Source of the DNA: Thermotogota bacterium | GTDB taxonomy: Bacteria; Bipolaricaulota; Bipolaricaulia; UBA7950; UBA9294 | Direction: 5' to 3' | DNA length: 19,413 nt | NCBI GenBank assembly: GCA_039679545.1 | Contig: JBDKUT010000060.1 | Span: 1 to 19,413, forward strand | The notes under the pieces: model-generated | Seen by the model: only the letters and a program-made list of their open reading frames with translations | Told to the model about the DNA's origin: nothing | Database searches by the model: none | In this document: positions 8,466-16,929 of the stretch, piece by piece | Numbering within the stretch: the first letter of the stretch is position 1 | Layout of the letters: each line of letters begins with the position of its first letter | Translations under genes and position numbers: made by a program

Positions 8466-8546
8466 GTATCACGCCCTTGGCCCGACACGGGCCTGCATCT
8501 TGCGTCTGTCTCCGCCGTGGGCCTGTGCTCGTCCGCCCGACGGGGG

Positions 8547-8711
8547 CTAGACCTCCTTGTGAAGCGTGTGCTTGCGGTCCCACTTGCAGTACTTGTTCAG
8601 CTCAAGCTTGCCTCGAGCGGTGGCCTTGTTCTTCTTCGTGTGGTAGTTCCGTCGGCCACACTCGCTGCACGCGAGCGTGACGTGGACGACCGCTTCGCCC
8701 TTCTTCGCCAT
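8547..8711 (-). CDS. rpmG: 50S ribosomal protein L33
   Basis: Manual translation, 54 aa: [54 protein letters not shown]; between tuf and tRNA-Trp; below ORF-track size cutoff. Confidence 0.96.
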   Translation of the reverse strand: MAKKGEAVVHVTLACSECGRRNYHTKKNKATARGKLELNKYCKWDRKHTLHKEV

Positions 8712-8731
8712 GAGCCAGTCCCTCTCTTAAT

Positions 8732-9943
<1,212 letters not shown>

Positions 9944-9992
9944 CTGTTAGACCTCCTCAGCGACAGTAGCTTCGACGATCTTCCGTCCCATC

Positions 9993-10035
9993 AAACAAAA
10001 AACGTCCGCCGCGAGCATAAGCCCGCGGCCGGAGT
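9993..10035 (-). terminator. Candidate intrinsic terminator overlapping the 3' end of tRNA-Thr(GGT)
   Basis: RNA: UCC-G-GCCGCGGGC-UUAU-GCUCGCGGC-GGA followed by CGUUUUUUGUUU. Confidence 0.65.
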
Positions 10036-10092
10036 CGAACCGGCGACCTCCCCCTTACCAAGGGGGTGCTCTACCTCCTGAGCCACACGGGC
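10020..10092 (-). tRNA. tRNA-Thr (GGT)
   Basis: GCCCGTG..CGCGGGC-T acceptor, anticodon arm CCCCC-TTGGTAA-GGGGG, GGTTCGACT; no encoded CCA. Confidence 0.97.
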
Positions 10093-10151
10093 ACGTCCAA
10101 CTCCGCCGGGTTCGCAGTGTACCCGAAACCCGCGGGGGCTTCCAACTCAAG

Positions 10152-10234
10152 TGGAGGGGGAGGGATTTGAACCCCCGTAGGCATACGCCAACGGATTTAC
10201 AGTCCGCCCCGTTTGGCCACTTCGGTACCCCTCC
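10152..10234 (-). tRNA. tRNA-Tyr (GTA)
   Basis: GGAGGGG..CCCCTCC-A acceptor, anticodon arm GCGGA-CTGTAAA-TCCGT, long variable arm, GGTTCAAAT; no encoded CCA. Confidence 0.97.
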
Positions 10235-10248
10235 GAGACAGCGACAAG

Positions 10249-10321
10249 AGCCAGCGGCCAGAGTCGAACTGGCAACCTACTGATTACAAGTCAGTTGCTC
10301 TGCCGGTTGAGCTACGCTGGC
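10249..10321 (-). tRNA. tRNA-Thr (TGT)
   Basis: GCCAGCG..CGCTGGC-T acceptor, anticodon arm CTGA-CTTGTAA-TCAG, AGTTCGACT; no encoded CCA. Confidence 0.97.
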
Positions 10322-10341
10322 GGCTTGCTCGAGTCCGCGGA

Positions 10342-10370
10342 ATTGTACGGAACCCGTTTCGCCCGGTCAA
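10342..10370 (-). promoter_or_regulatory. Sigma70-type promoter of the tRNA-tuf operon
   Basis: TTGACC-17 nt-TACAAT followed by GC-rich discriminator TCCGCGG, 20 nt upstream of first tRNA. Confidence 0.8.
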
Positions 10371-10441
10371 GACGTCGTGCTCAGCGGAGTTCTGCCGCGG
10401 ACTCGTTCAGCGCAGACTCGCGCGCTGTGCAGGGCACTGCT

Positions 10442-11026
10442 TCACTCTTTGCGATCGAGGCGCTGCTCCAGTTCCGCTCGCAGCTCCTCGCGGTCGCCGA
10501 TCCCCTGCACCCGCAGGATTACGTCGCGCCGCTCGCCATTCCCGGACCCGTTCGCCATGCTGACAATGTGGACATTGTGCGCGCGGAGTACGTCAAGAAC
10601 GCTGTACAGCTCCTCCGACCCCGCGCGGAGACGAAGCTCCATCCGTGTCCCCTCAAGCCCGATACCGAGGCCGTCCGCCAGGCCGCGCAGCACCGCGCTT
10701 TGCGTAATCACGCCGACCAAGTGGTCTCCCTCTGTCACTGGCAGGACGACAAGGCGATTCTCCAGCATGATCAGCGTTGCCTTCTCGAGGGTGTCCGCCG
10801 GCGAGACCGAGAACCTCACCGGGTGAGCGATCGCCTCAATCGGAGACTCCCAATCGACGATCCCCTTGAGCGATCCGCGGGTGACGAACCCCCGCAGCCG
10901 GCCGTCCTCGGAGGCCACGAGAAGGACCCCGAACCCGTGCTCCTCCATCAGCTTGCGGACCGTCCCGGCCGTGGTGGATGGAAGAGCGGTCACGGCATCC
11001 CGCTGCATGTGTTGCGCGACGTTCAT
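10442..11026 (-). CDS. CBS-pair protein with C-terminal ACT-like domain (AcuB-like architecture)
   Basis: Two CBS repeats (GRLRGFVTRGSL; LPVTEGDHLVGVITQSAV) then RMELRL..ELYSVLDVLRAHNVHIVSM..VILRV; 4-nt ATGA overlap with upstream gene. Confidence 0.85.
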   Translation of the reverse strand: MNVAQHMQRDAVTALPSTTAGTVRKLMEEHGFGVLLVASEDGRLRGFVTRGSLKGIVDWESPIEAIAHPVRFSVSPADTLEKATLIMLENRLVVLPVTEGDHLVGVITQSAVLRGLADGLGIGLEGTRMELRLRAGSEELYSVLDVLRAHNVHIVSMANGSGNGERRDVILRVQGIGDREELRAELEQRLDRKE

Positions 11027-12993
11027 TCCTGCTCGGCTTGGGCCTGTGCGACGACCTTCTCCTGGATGTTTCCGGGAACCTGTTGGTATCTCGCGAAGTC
11101 CATCCGGAACGTAGCTCGACCCTGCGTGCGCGACTTAAGATCGAGCGTGTAGTTCAGGAGCTCGGCTAACGGTGCCTCCGCAACGATGACCGTGGTCTTC
11201 CCCGCCGGTTCCATCCCCAAGATCCGACCGCGGCGGCCGTTCATGTCGCTAATGATGTCCCCCGTGTACTCCTCGGGGACGCGCACCCTTACAGCCATGA
11301 TGGGCTCGAGGAGGCACGGCTCGGCGTTGTCGAATGCATCACGGAACGCGCCCCGTGCAGCAAGCTTGAATGCCAGTTCCGACGAGTCCACCGGGTGGAA
11401 ACTTCCGTCGAAAACCGCCACCAGAACATCGGTGACCGGGAACTTCGCCAGGCTGCCCTGCTCCAACGCCTCCATCACGCCCTTCTCGACGCCAGGGACA
11501 TACTGACCCGGGATTGACGCGCCCTTGATCTCATCGACAAACTTGAACCCGCCCTCTCCCTTGTACGGCTCGAGGCGCAACCACACCTCGCCGAACTGAC
11601 CGCGGCCGCCCGTCTGCTTCTTGTGGCGGTACTTGGCCTCGGCCTTCTTCCGGATCGTCTCCTTGTACGGAATCCGGGGCTGTCGAGTCTCGAGCGACAC
11701 GTTGTAGCGGTTCTTGAGCCTCTCGATGAACACCGACAGGTGGACGTCGCCCATTCCATGCAGCGTGAGCTCTTTTGTCACGGGGTCACGTTCAACAACG
11801 ATCGTGGCCTTGGTCGCCGCGATCTCCTTGAGCGCCGCGCCCATCTTGTCGACGTCGGCCTGACTCTTCGGAACGATCGTCCGTGAGAAGACCGGCTTCG
11901 GGAACTCAGGCGTTGGGAATGCTTGTCCTCCCTGGCTGACGCCCAGCGTGGCGCCAAGGGAGATGTGCTCCGCCTTAGCGATCGCGACGATCTCGCCCGG
12001 ACCCGCATGCGGCACGCGCTTCTGCTTCGTCCCGTCGAGAGCGTAGAGGTCGCGCACGTCGACCTTCGCCCCGGACACGACGTCGACAAGACCTTTCCCT
12101 TCCTGGATGGTCCCCTCGAGCACACGGACGAAGGAGAGCCGCCCGAGGTACGGGTCGCTCGCCAAGTTGAACGCCACGGCACGACACGGCGCGGCCGCGT
12201 CGCCGACCCGCGGCACGACGTAGCTGACGAACGCCTTCACGAGCTGGTCGAGCCCCTTCCCCTCCGTCACCGACGAGCAGAGGACCGGCACGACGGCTCC
12301 GGCCGCGACCCCCTTCACCAACGCCTGGGTGATCTCGCTCTCGCTGATCGGGGCCTCGTCGAGGAATTTCATCATCAATTCGTCGTCGGCCGTCGCGACC
12401 TCCTCAAGGAGAGCGCCGCGCGCCATCTCGGCCTCGTCGGCCAGCTCGGCCGGGATCTCCTTTTTCCCCTTGTCGGCGAAGCTGACAAGCCGGTTGGAAA
12501 CGAGGTCGACCAAACCGGAGAACGTCCCGCCCGTGCGGATCGGCATCTGGACGGGAACGAGCTTCCCTTCAAAGTGGCTGCGCAGATCGGCCACGGCTCT
12601 GTCAAAGTTGGCGTTCTCCTTGTCCATCAGGTTGACGAGGATGATCGTCGGGCGCTTGGCGCCCCCGGAGATCTCCCAGGCACGCTCTGTGACGACTTCC
12701 ACCGCCTTCTCCGCATTCACGACGAGGACGGTGAGATCCGCGATGGGGATCCCCTTGTACATCTCCTCAACGAACTCATCGCCACCCGGCGTGTCGAGGA
12801 GCGTGATCGCGACGCCGTCCGCCTGAAACGCGCCGAAGCCCATGTCAAGCGTGTGGCCGCGCTCCTTTTCCTCCTGCGACGCGTCCAGCGTGATCTGCTC
12901 TTTGGTGCCCGCGCGCGTCAAGAGCGCGGCGGTCAGGGCCGTTTTCCCTGTACTGGAATGCCCCACCAAGCAGATGGTCCGAACTTGCCCCAT
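11023..12993 (-). CDS. Elongation factor G-like protein (EF-G2-type paralogue)
   Basis: GHSSTGKT, DTPG, GMGDVHL, PRIPYKETI, KKQTGGRGQFG, DGSFHPVDSSELAF, LLEPIM; ATG at 12993 with AAGGGGG SD. Confidence 0.95.
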   Translation of the reverse strand: MGQVRTICLVGHSSTGKTALTAALLTRAGTKEQITLDASQEEKERGHTLDMGFGAFQADGVAITLLDTPGGDEFVEEMYKGIPIADLTVLVVNAEKAVEVVTERAWEISGGAKRPTIILVNLMDKENANFDRAVADLRSHFEGKLVPVQMPIRTGGTFSGLVDLVSNRLVSFADKGKKEIPAELADEAEMARGALLEEVATADDELMMKFLDEAPISESEITQALVKGVAAGAVVPVLCSSVTEGKGLDQLVKAFVSYVVPRVGDAAAPCRAVAFNLASDPYLGRLSFVRVLEGTIQEGKGLVDVVSGAKVDVRDLYALDGTKQKRVPHAGPGEIVAIAKAEHISLGATLGVSQGGQAFPTPEFPKPVFSRTIVPKSQADVDKMGAALKEIAATKATIVVERDPVTKELTLHGMGDVHLSVFIERLKNRYNVSLETRQPRIPYKETIRKKAEAKYRHKKQTGGRGQFGEVWLRLEPYKGEGGFKFVDEIKGASIPGQYVPGVEKGVMEALEQGSLAKFPVTDVLVAVFDGSFHPVDSSELAFKLAARGAFRDAFDNAEPCLLEPIMAVRVRVPEEYTGDIISDMNGRRGRILGMEPAGKTTVIVAEAPLAELLNYTLDLKSRTQGRATFRMDFARYQQVPGNIQEKVVAQAQAEQE

Positions 12994-13033
12994 GTCGATT
13001 TCCCCCTTGGGTGAACGATAAGTGGTCTCGCGG

Positions 13034-13062
13034 AGTATATCGGCCTCTCGCAAAGGGAGCAA
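13034..13062 (-). promoter_or_regulatory. Putative sigma70 promoter of EF-G-like/CBS operon
   Basis: TTGCTC-17 nt-TATACT, 40 nt upstream of ATG 12993. Confidence 0.6.
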
Positions 13063-13225
13063 GAATCGCCGCTACGGTTGCGGCTCCGCTCCATCCCTGG
13101 CGAAGAGGTTCCGCGCACGCCGAGAAACGAGAACCCTCTCCTTCGGTGGGCGCCGCACCCTCCGTGCGCGCGTGCCTCCGCCCTCCGTGTACGTTGACGA
13201 CTCCGCCCGGCGCCGTCGTTCACGT

Positions 13226-13254
13226 TTGCGACCCCTCCGAGGCCCGCGTATCCT
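13226..13254 (+). promoter_or_regulatory. Putative sigma70 promoter of iorAB
   Basis: TTGCGA-17 nt-TATCCT upstream of SD GGAGGT and ATG 13311. Confidence 0.5.
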
Positions 13255-13310
13255 GTGCGTCCTTCCTCTGCGCCGAAGCTGGGGAATACCACGGAACGCG
13301 GGAGGTTCAC

Positions 13311-14924
13311 ATGGCGACGCAGCTCTTGCTTGGGGACGAAGCGCTCGCTCAGGGTGCCATCGACGCCGGACTTTCCGCGGCGTACGCCTACCCCGGCACG
13401 CCCTCCACGGAGATCACCGAGCACGTCCTACGCAGCCCGGAGGCCCGAGCCGGCGAGGTCGTCTGCCGCTGGGCCGCCAACGAGAAGACCGCGCTCGAGG
13501 CGGCACTCGGCGCAAGCTACGCCGGGAAGCGCGCCATGGCGAGCATGAAGCACGTCGGGCTGAATGTCGCCGCCGATCCGTTCGTGAACGCCGCGATCTC
13601 CGGTGCCCACGGCGGGCTTCTCGTCAACGTCGCCGACGACCCGTCCATGCACTCGTCCCAGAACGAGCAGGACTCGCGGCTCTACGCCGACCTTGCGCTT
13701 GTTCCGTGCTTCGAGCCTTCCGATCAGCAGGAGGCCTACGCCGTTCCGGCACGCGCCTTCGAGCTGTCGGAAACGTACCGCGTCCCGGTTCTCGTCCGCC
13801 TGACGACGCGGCTCGCCCACTCCCGCGCGACGGTCGAAGTCGGCGGGCGACGTTCGCAGAATCCGCTCTCGCGTCCCGGCGAACCCGAGCGCTTCATCCT
13901 CCTCCCTGCGATCGCAAAGAAGAGCTACGAGCGCCTTATCGGCCGCCAGCCCGACTTCGTCCGCGAGAGCGAGGCGAGTCCGTTCAATCGCTTGTCGCAG
14001 GATGGCGACCGCGCGCTGGGCATCGTGGCATGCGGCATCGCCCACAACTACCTCCTCGAGGTAACGGACGGTACACCGGGACATCCCGTCCTCAAGGTCG
14101 GTCAGTATCCGCTTCCTGCTCGCGACGTCGAGTGGCTCGTCGGGCACTGCGGCAGGATCCTCGTCCTCGAAGAGGGATACCCCTACGTGGAAGCGAAGCT
14201 TCGCGGTCTCCCGCCGCGCTCGGCGCCCGCGATCCACGGCCGCCTCACGGGCGACGTTCCGCGAACCGGCGAGCTGTCACCCGACGTAGTCGCCGCGGCG
14301 CTCGGACTCGGTGCGCTTGCCCGTCGGACAGCGTCCTCGGTTCCGGCACCGCGCCCGCCCGCCTTGTGCCCGGGATGCCCGCACGCCGACACCTGCAAGG
14401 CGCTTGCCGAGGTTCTCGCGCCTCGTCGCGACTCCGCCCGCGTCTTTTCCGACATCGGGTGCTACACCCTCGGCGCACTCCCGCCGCACGGCGTGATCAA
14501 CACGTGCGTGGAGATGGGCGCGTCGATCACCATGGCCCACGGCGCCTCGGAGGCCGGTCTGCGGCCGGCCGTCGCGCTGATCGGCGACTCGACGTTCACC
14601 CACTCGGGAATGACGGGCCTCCTCGACTGCGTCAACGCCAAAGCCGACGTTACCGTCATCATCGTCGACAACCTCACCGTGGCGATGACCGGCGGCCAAC
14701 CTTCGGCGGCCGAGAACCGGCTCGTCTCCATCTGCCGTGGACTCGGCGTGGACGAGTCCCACACCCGCGTCGTCGAACCTCACCCACGGAACCACGCGGA
14801 GAACGTCGCCATTCTTGACCAGGAGATCCAGTACCCGGGGACGTCCGTCATCATCGCCCAGCGTGAATGCATCCAGACCGCCAAGCGGTCCGCGCGCCGC
14901 GGGACGCAAAGGGGCCAGCAATGA
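13311..14924 (+). CDS. iorA: Indolepyruvate:ferredoxin oxidoreductase alpha subunit
   Basis: LLLGDEALAQGA..YPGTPSTEI, MKHVGLNVAADP, DDPSMHSSQNEQDSR, RPPALCPGCPH, SDIGCYTLG, IGDSTFTHSG, AMTGGQP; true start ATG 13311. Confidence 0.95.
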   Translation: MATQLLLGDEALAQGAIDAGLSAAYAYPGTPSTEITEHVLRSPEARAGEVVCRWAANEKTALEAALGASYAGKRAMASMKHVGLNVAADPFVNAAISGAHGGLLVNVADDPSMHSSQNEQDSRLYADLALVPCFEPSDQQEAYAVPARAFELSETYRVPVLVRLTTRLAHSRATVEVGGRRSQNPLSRPGEPERFILLPAIAKKSYERLIGRQPDFVRESEASPFNRLSQDGDRALGIVACGIAHNYLLEVTDGTPGHPVLKVGQYPLPARDVEWLVGHCGRILVLEEGYPYVEAKLRGLPPRSAPAIHGRLTGDVPRTGELSPDVVAAALGLGALARRTASSVPAPRPPALCPGCPHADTCKALAEVLAPRRDSARVFSDIGCYTLGALPPHGVINTCVEMGASITMAHGASEAGLRPAVALIGDSTFTHSGMTGLLDCVNAKADVTVIIVDNLTVAMTGGQPSAAENRLVSICRGLGVDESHTRVVEPHPRNHAENVAILDQEIQYPGTSVIIAQRECIQTAKRSARRGTQRGQQ

Positions 14925-15502
14925 AGCGCGACATCATCCTCGCCGGCGTCGGCGGCCAGGGGCTGTTGGCTCTCGCGGCCGTACTCGGTCAGGCCGCCCG
15001 CGGACTCGGCCTTCACCTGAAGCAAGCCGAGGTCCACGGCATGGCCCAGCGTGGCGGCGTCGTGCAAAGCCACGTCCGCTTCAGCGACCGTCCCGTCCAC
15101 TCCGACCTTGTTCGCGAGGGCACGGCGGACCTTGTTCTCGCGCTCGAGCCCATGGAGGCGTTGCGCTATCTCCCGTATCTGAAGCTCGACGGCGCCCTCG
15201 TTTCCGACACGCGCCCCGTGCGCAACATCCCAGACTACCCGGACGTCGACCGCATTCTCGCCGAGCTGCGGGCGATCACGCCCCATCGCCTTGTCGACGC
15301 CGCGGCCCTCGCCGAGCAGGCCGGATCGCCGCAAGCGAGCAACCTGGTTGTCCTCGGCGCGGGTTCTCCATTCCTCGGCCTCCCGGTGAAGGCTCTCGAG
15401 GACGGGATCCGCGCCGTCTTCGCCGACAAGGCGGAGTCTGTCATCGCCGCGAACCTCCGCGGATTCCGGCTCGGCGCCGAGTGGACGCAGGTGGCATCAT
15501 AG
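14921..15502 (+). CDS. iorB: Indolepyruvate:ferredoxin oxidoreductase beta subunit
   Basis: IILAGVGGQG, AEVHGMAQRGGVVQSHVR, LEPMEALRYL; ATGA overlap with iorA. Confidence 0.95.
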   Translation: MKRDIILAGVGGQGLLALAAVLGQAARGLGLHLKQAEVHGMAQRGGVVQSHVRFSDRPVHSDLVREGTADLVLALEPMEALRYLPYLKLDGALVSDTRPVRNIPDYPDVDRILAELRAITPHRLVDAAALAEQAGSPQASNLVVLGAGSPFLGLPVKALEDGIRAVFADKAESVIAANLRGFRLGAEWTQVAS

Positions 15503-15535
15503 CGCCCTTCTTCCCAGCTCACGCACGCAGTCGGC

Positions 15536-15564
15536 TTGCCGGTCTTTCCTCCTCCCGTTAGGCT
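15536..15564 (+). promoter_or_regulatory. Possible sigma70 promoter of metallophosphoesterase gene
   Basis: TTGCCG-17 nt-TAGGCT, 29 nt upstream of ATG 15594. Confidence 0.4.
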
Positions 15565-15593
15565 ATCGACGTTCGAGATTCCGGGAGGTCAAG

Positions 15594-16490
15594 ATGCGAA
15601 AGCTCGTCGGGGTCCCTGTTGTTCTCGTCCTTCTCCTCATGGCCGGTTCCTGCTTCGTCGCGTCGGATTCGACGGGCGTCGTCCGCATCGGCATCTTTGC
15701 CGACATCCACGTCCACGACACCAACTCGCCCAACGAACACAAGGTGATGACGAACTACGGGCCGCGGCTCGAGGCGTTCGTCGCGGCGATGACCACGTGG
15801 CCGGCCGACGCCATCGTCTCGCTCGGCGACCTGGTCAACGGTGTCTTCGTCATGGGAGCCGACCTCGGCGATCCGGCACGCATCCCCGCGCTCCTCGATG
15901 ACGCCGTCGGGATCCTTCACGGCTACTCGGGACCGATCGGTTACGTTCTCGGGAATCACGACGTGTACAACCTGACCAAGACGCAGTTCCTCACGGCGAC
16001 CGGATCGCCCGCCGCGTACCGGAGCTTCGACCTCGGCGCCTACCACATCGTGATTCTCGACGCCCAGTTCAACAAGGCGGGCCAGGACTACGGGAACGTG
16101 AGCTGGATGGTCCAGGGGACGATTCCACCCGCCGAGCTCGAGTGGCTCCGCGCCGACCTCGCCGCGACCCAGAAGCCGACAATCGTCTGCGTCCACCAGC
16201 CGCTCGACGCCGCGTTCGAGTTGCTCGCCGGCGGCCCGCCGGTGTCGAACGCGCCCGAGGTTCGTGCCGTCCTTGCAGCCTCCGGCCGTGTCATCGCCGT
16301 CTTCCAGGGACACACGCACGAGTCCGCCCACGCCGTCATCGACGGAATCCACTACGTCACGTTCGCCGGCATGGCGGACGCCGACGTACCGACGCCCGCG
16401 TCGTGGGCCGCGGTGACTCTGGATCCGGCCGCACGGACGATTCACGTCGAAGGCGTCGGCCTCCAGGAGACCCTCGACATCGTTTACTAG
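15594..16490 (+). CDS. Exported calcineurin-like metallophosphoesterase
   Basis: Signal-peptide-like N-terminus; motifs ADIH, GDLVN, GNHD, VHQP, GHTH; GGAGGT SD. Confidence 0.9.
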   Translation: MRKLVGVPVVLVLLLMAGSCFVASDSTGVVRIGIFADIHVHDTNSPNEHKVMTNYGPRLEAFVAAMTTWPADAIVSLGDLVNGVFVMGADLGDPARIPALLDDAVGILHGYSGPIGYVLGNHDVYNLTKTQFLTATGSPAAYRSFDLGAYHIVILDAQFNKAGQDYGNVSWMVQGTIPPAELEWLRADLAATQKPTIVCVHQPLDAAFELLAGGPPVSNAPEVRAVLAASGRVIAVFQGHTHESAHAVIDGIHYVTFAGMADADVPTPASWAAVTLDPAARTIHVEGVGLQETLDIVY

Positions 16491-16518
16491 GTTGAGGAAA
16501 GAGAAGGAGGACCGGCAG

Positions 16519-16635
16519 GTGAGTCGACCATCGAAGCTCGGCGTGGCGTGGGCCGCGACGGTTCTCGTGGTGCTCCTCGCGGTCTCGGATGCTCGTCGCC
16601 GTCGCCCCCAGCCGCGCGAGCGAGGGAGGGACTGA
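16519..16635 (+). CDS. Small ORF (38 aa) with hydrophobic segment; small membrane protein or signal-peptide remnant
   Basis: AAGGAGG at 16504-16510, GTG at 16519: MSRPSKLGVAWAATVLVVLLAVSDARRRRPQPRERGRD*; stop abuts next ATG. Confidence 0.5.
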   Translation: MSRPSKLGVAWAATVLVVLLAVSDARRRRPQPRERGRD

Positions 16636-16929
16636 ATGATCGTCGACTTCAGCATCGCCCCGATCGGTTACGGCGAGAGCCTGAGCCGCTACGTCGCCGA
16701 GGCGTACCGCATCATCGAGGCGTCCGGCGTCCGGCACGAGTTCCACGCGATGGGCACCAACCTTGAGGGGGAGTGGGACGACGTCATGGCCGTCGTCAAT
16801 GCCTGTCGCCTACGGTTGCTCGAGACGTGCGGGCGCGTGTCGATCTCACTTCGCATTGACGACCGCAAGGGAGCGTCCGACCGTCTCGGCCGCAAGGTCG
16901 CGGCGGCGAAGGAGAAAGCGGGGCTCTAG
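16636..16929 (+). CDS. MTH1187/YkoF-like thiamine-binding family protein
   Basis: MIVDFSIAPIG..SLSRYVA..HAMGTNLEGEWDDVM..RVSISLRIDDR. Confidence 0.9.
   Translation: MIVDFSIAPIGYGESLSRYVAEAYRIIEASGVRHEFHAMGTNLEGEWDDVMAVVNACRLRLLETCGRVSISLRIDDRKGASDRLGRKVAAAKEKAGL

Noticed and set aside
8458..8530. Three short repeats considered as a mini-CRISPR
   Set aside because: Repeats are only ~13 nt, degenerate, with ~16-nt gaps and no cas genes; they match the tRNA 5' end instead
10381..10441. Possible terminator after the CBS-ACT gene
   Set aside because: Only weak GC hairpins without a U-tract
13011..13310. 100-aa N-terminal extension of IorA in the ORF track (likewise extensions of EF-G-like to 13062 and Na/Pi to 18593)
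   Set aside because: Family homology starts at downstream ATGs with SD sequences, and the extensions run over predicted promoters
13022..14818. 598-aa Arg-rich plus-strand ORF
   Set aside because: Alternative frame of iorA with low-complexity Arg/Pro composition
16926..16929. Convergent genes sharing the CTAG stop palindrome
   Set aside because: Common compact overlap; no further signal
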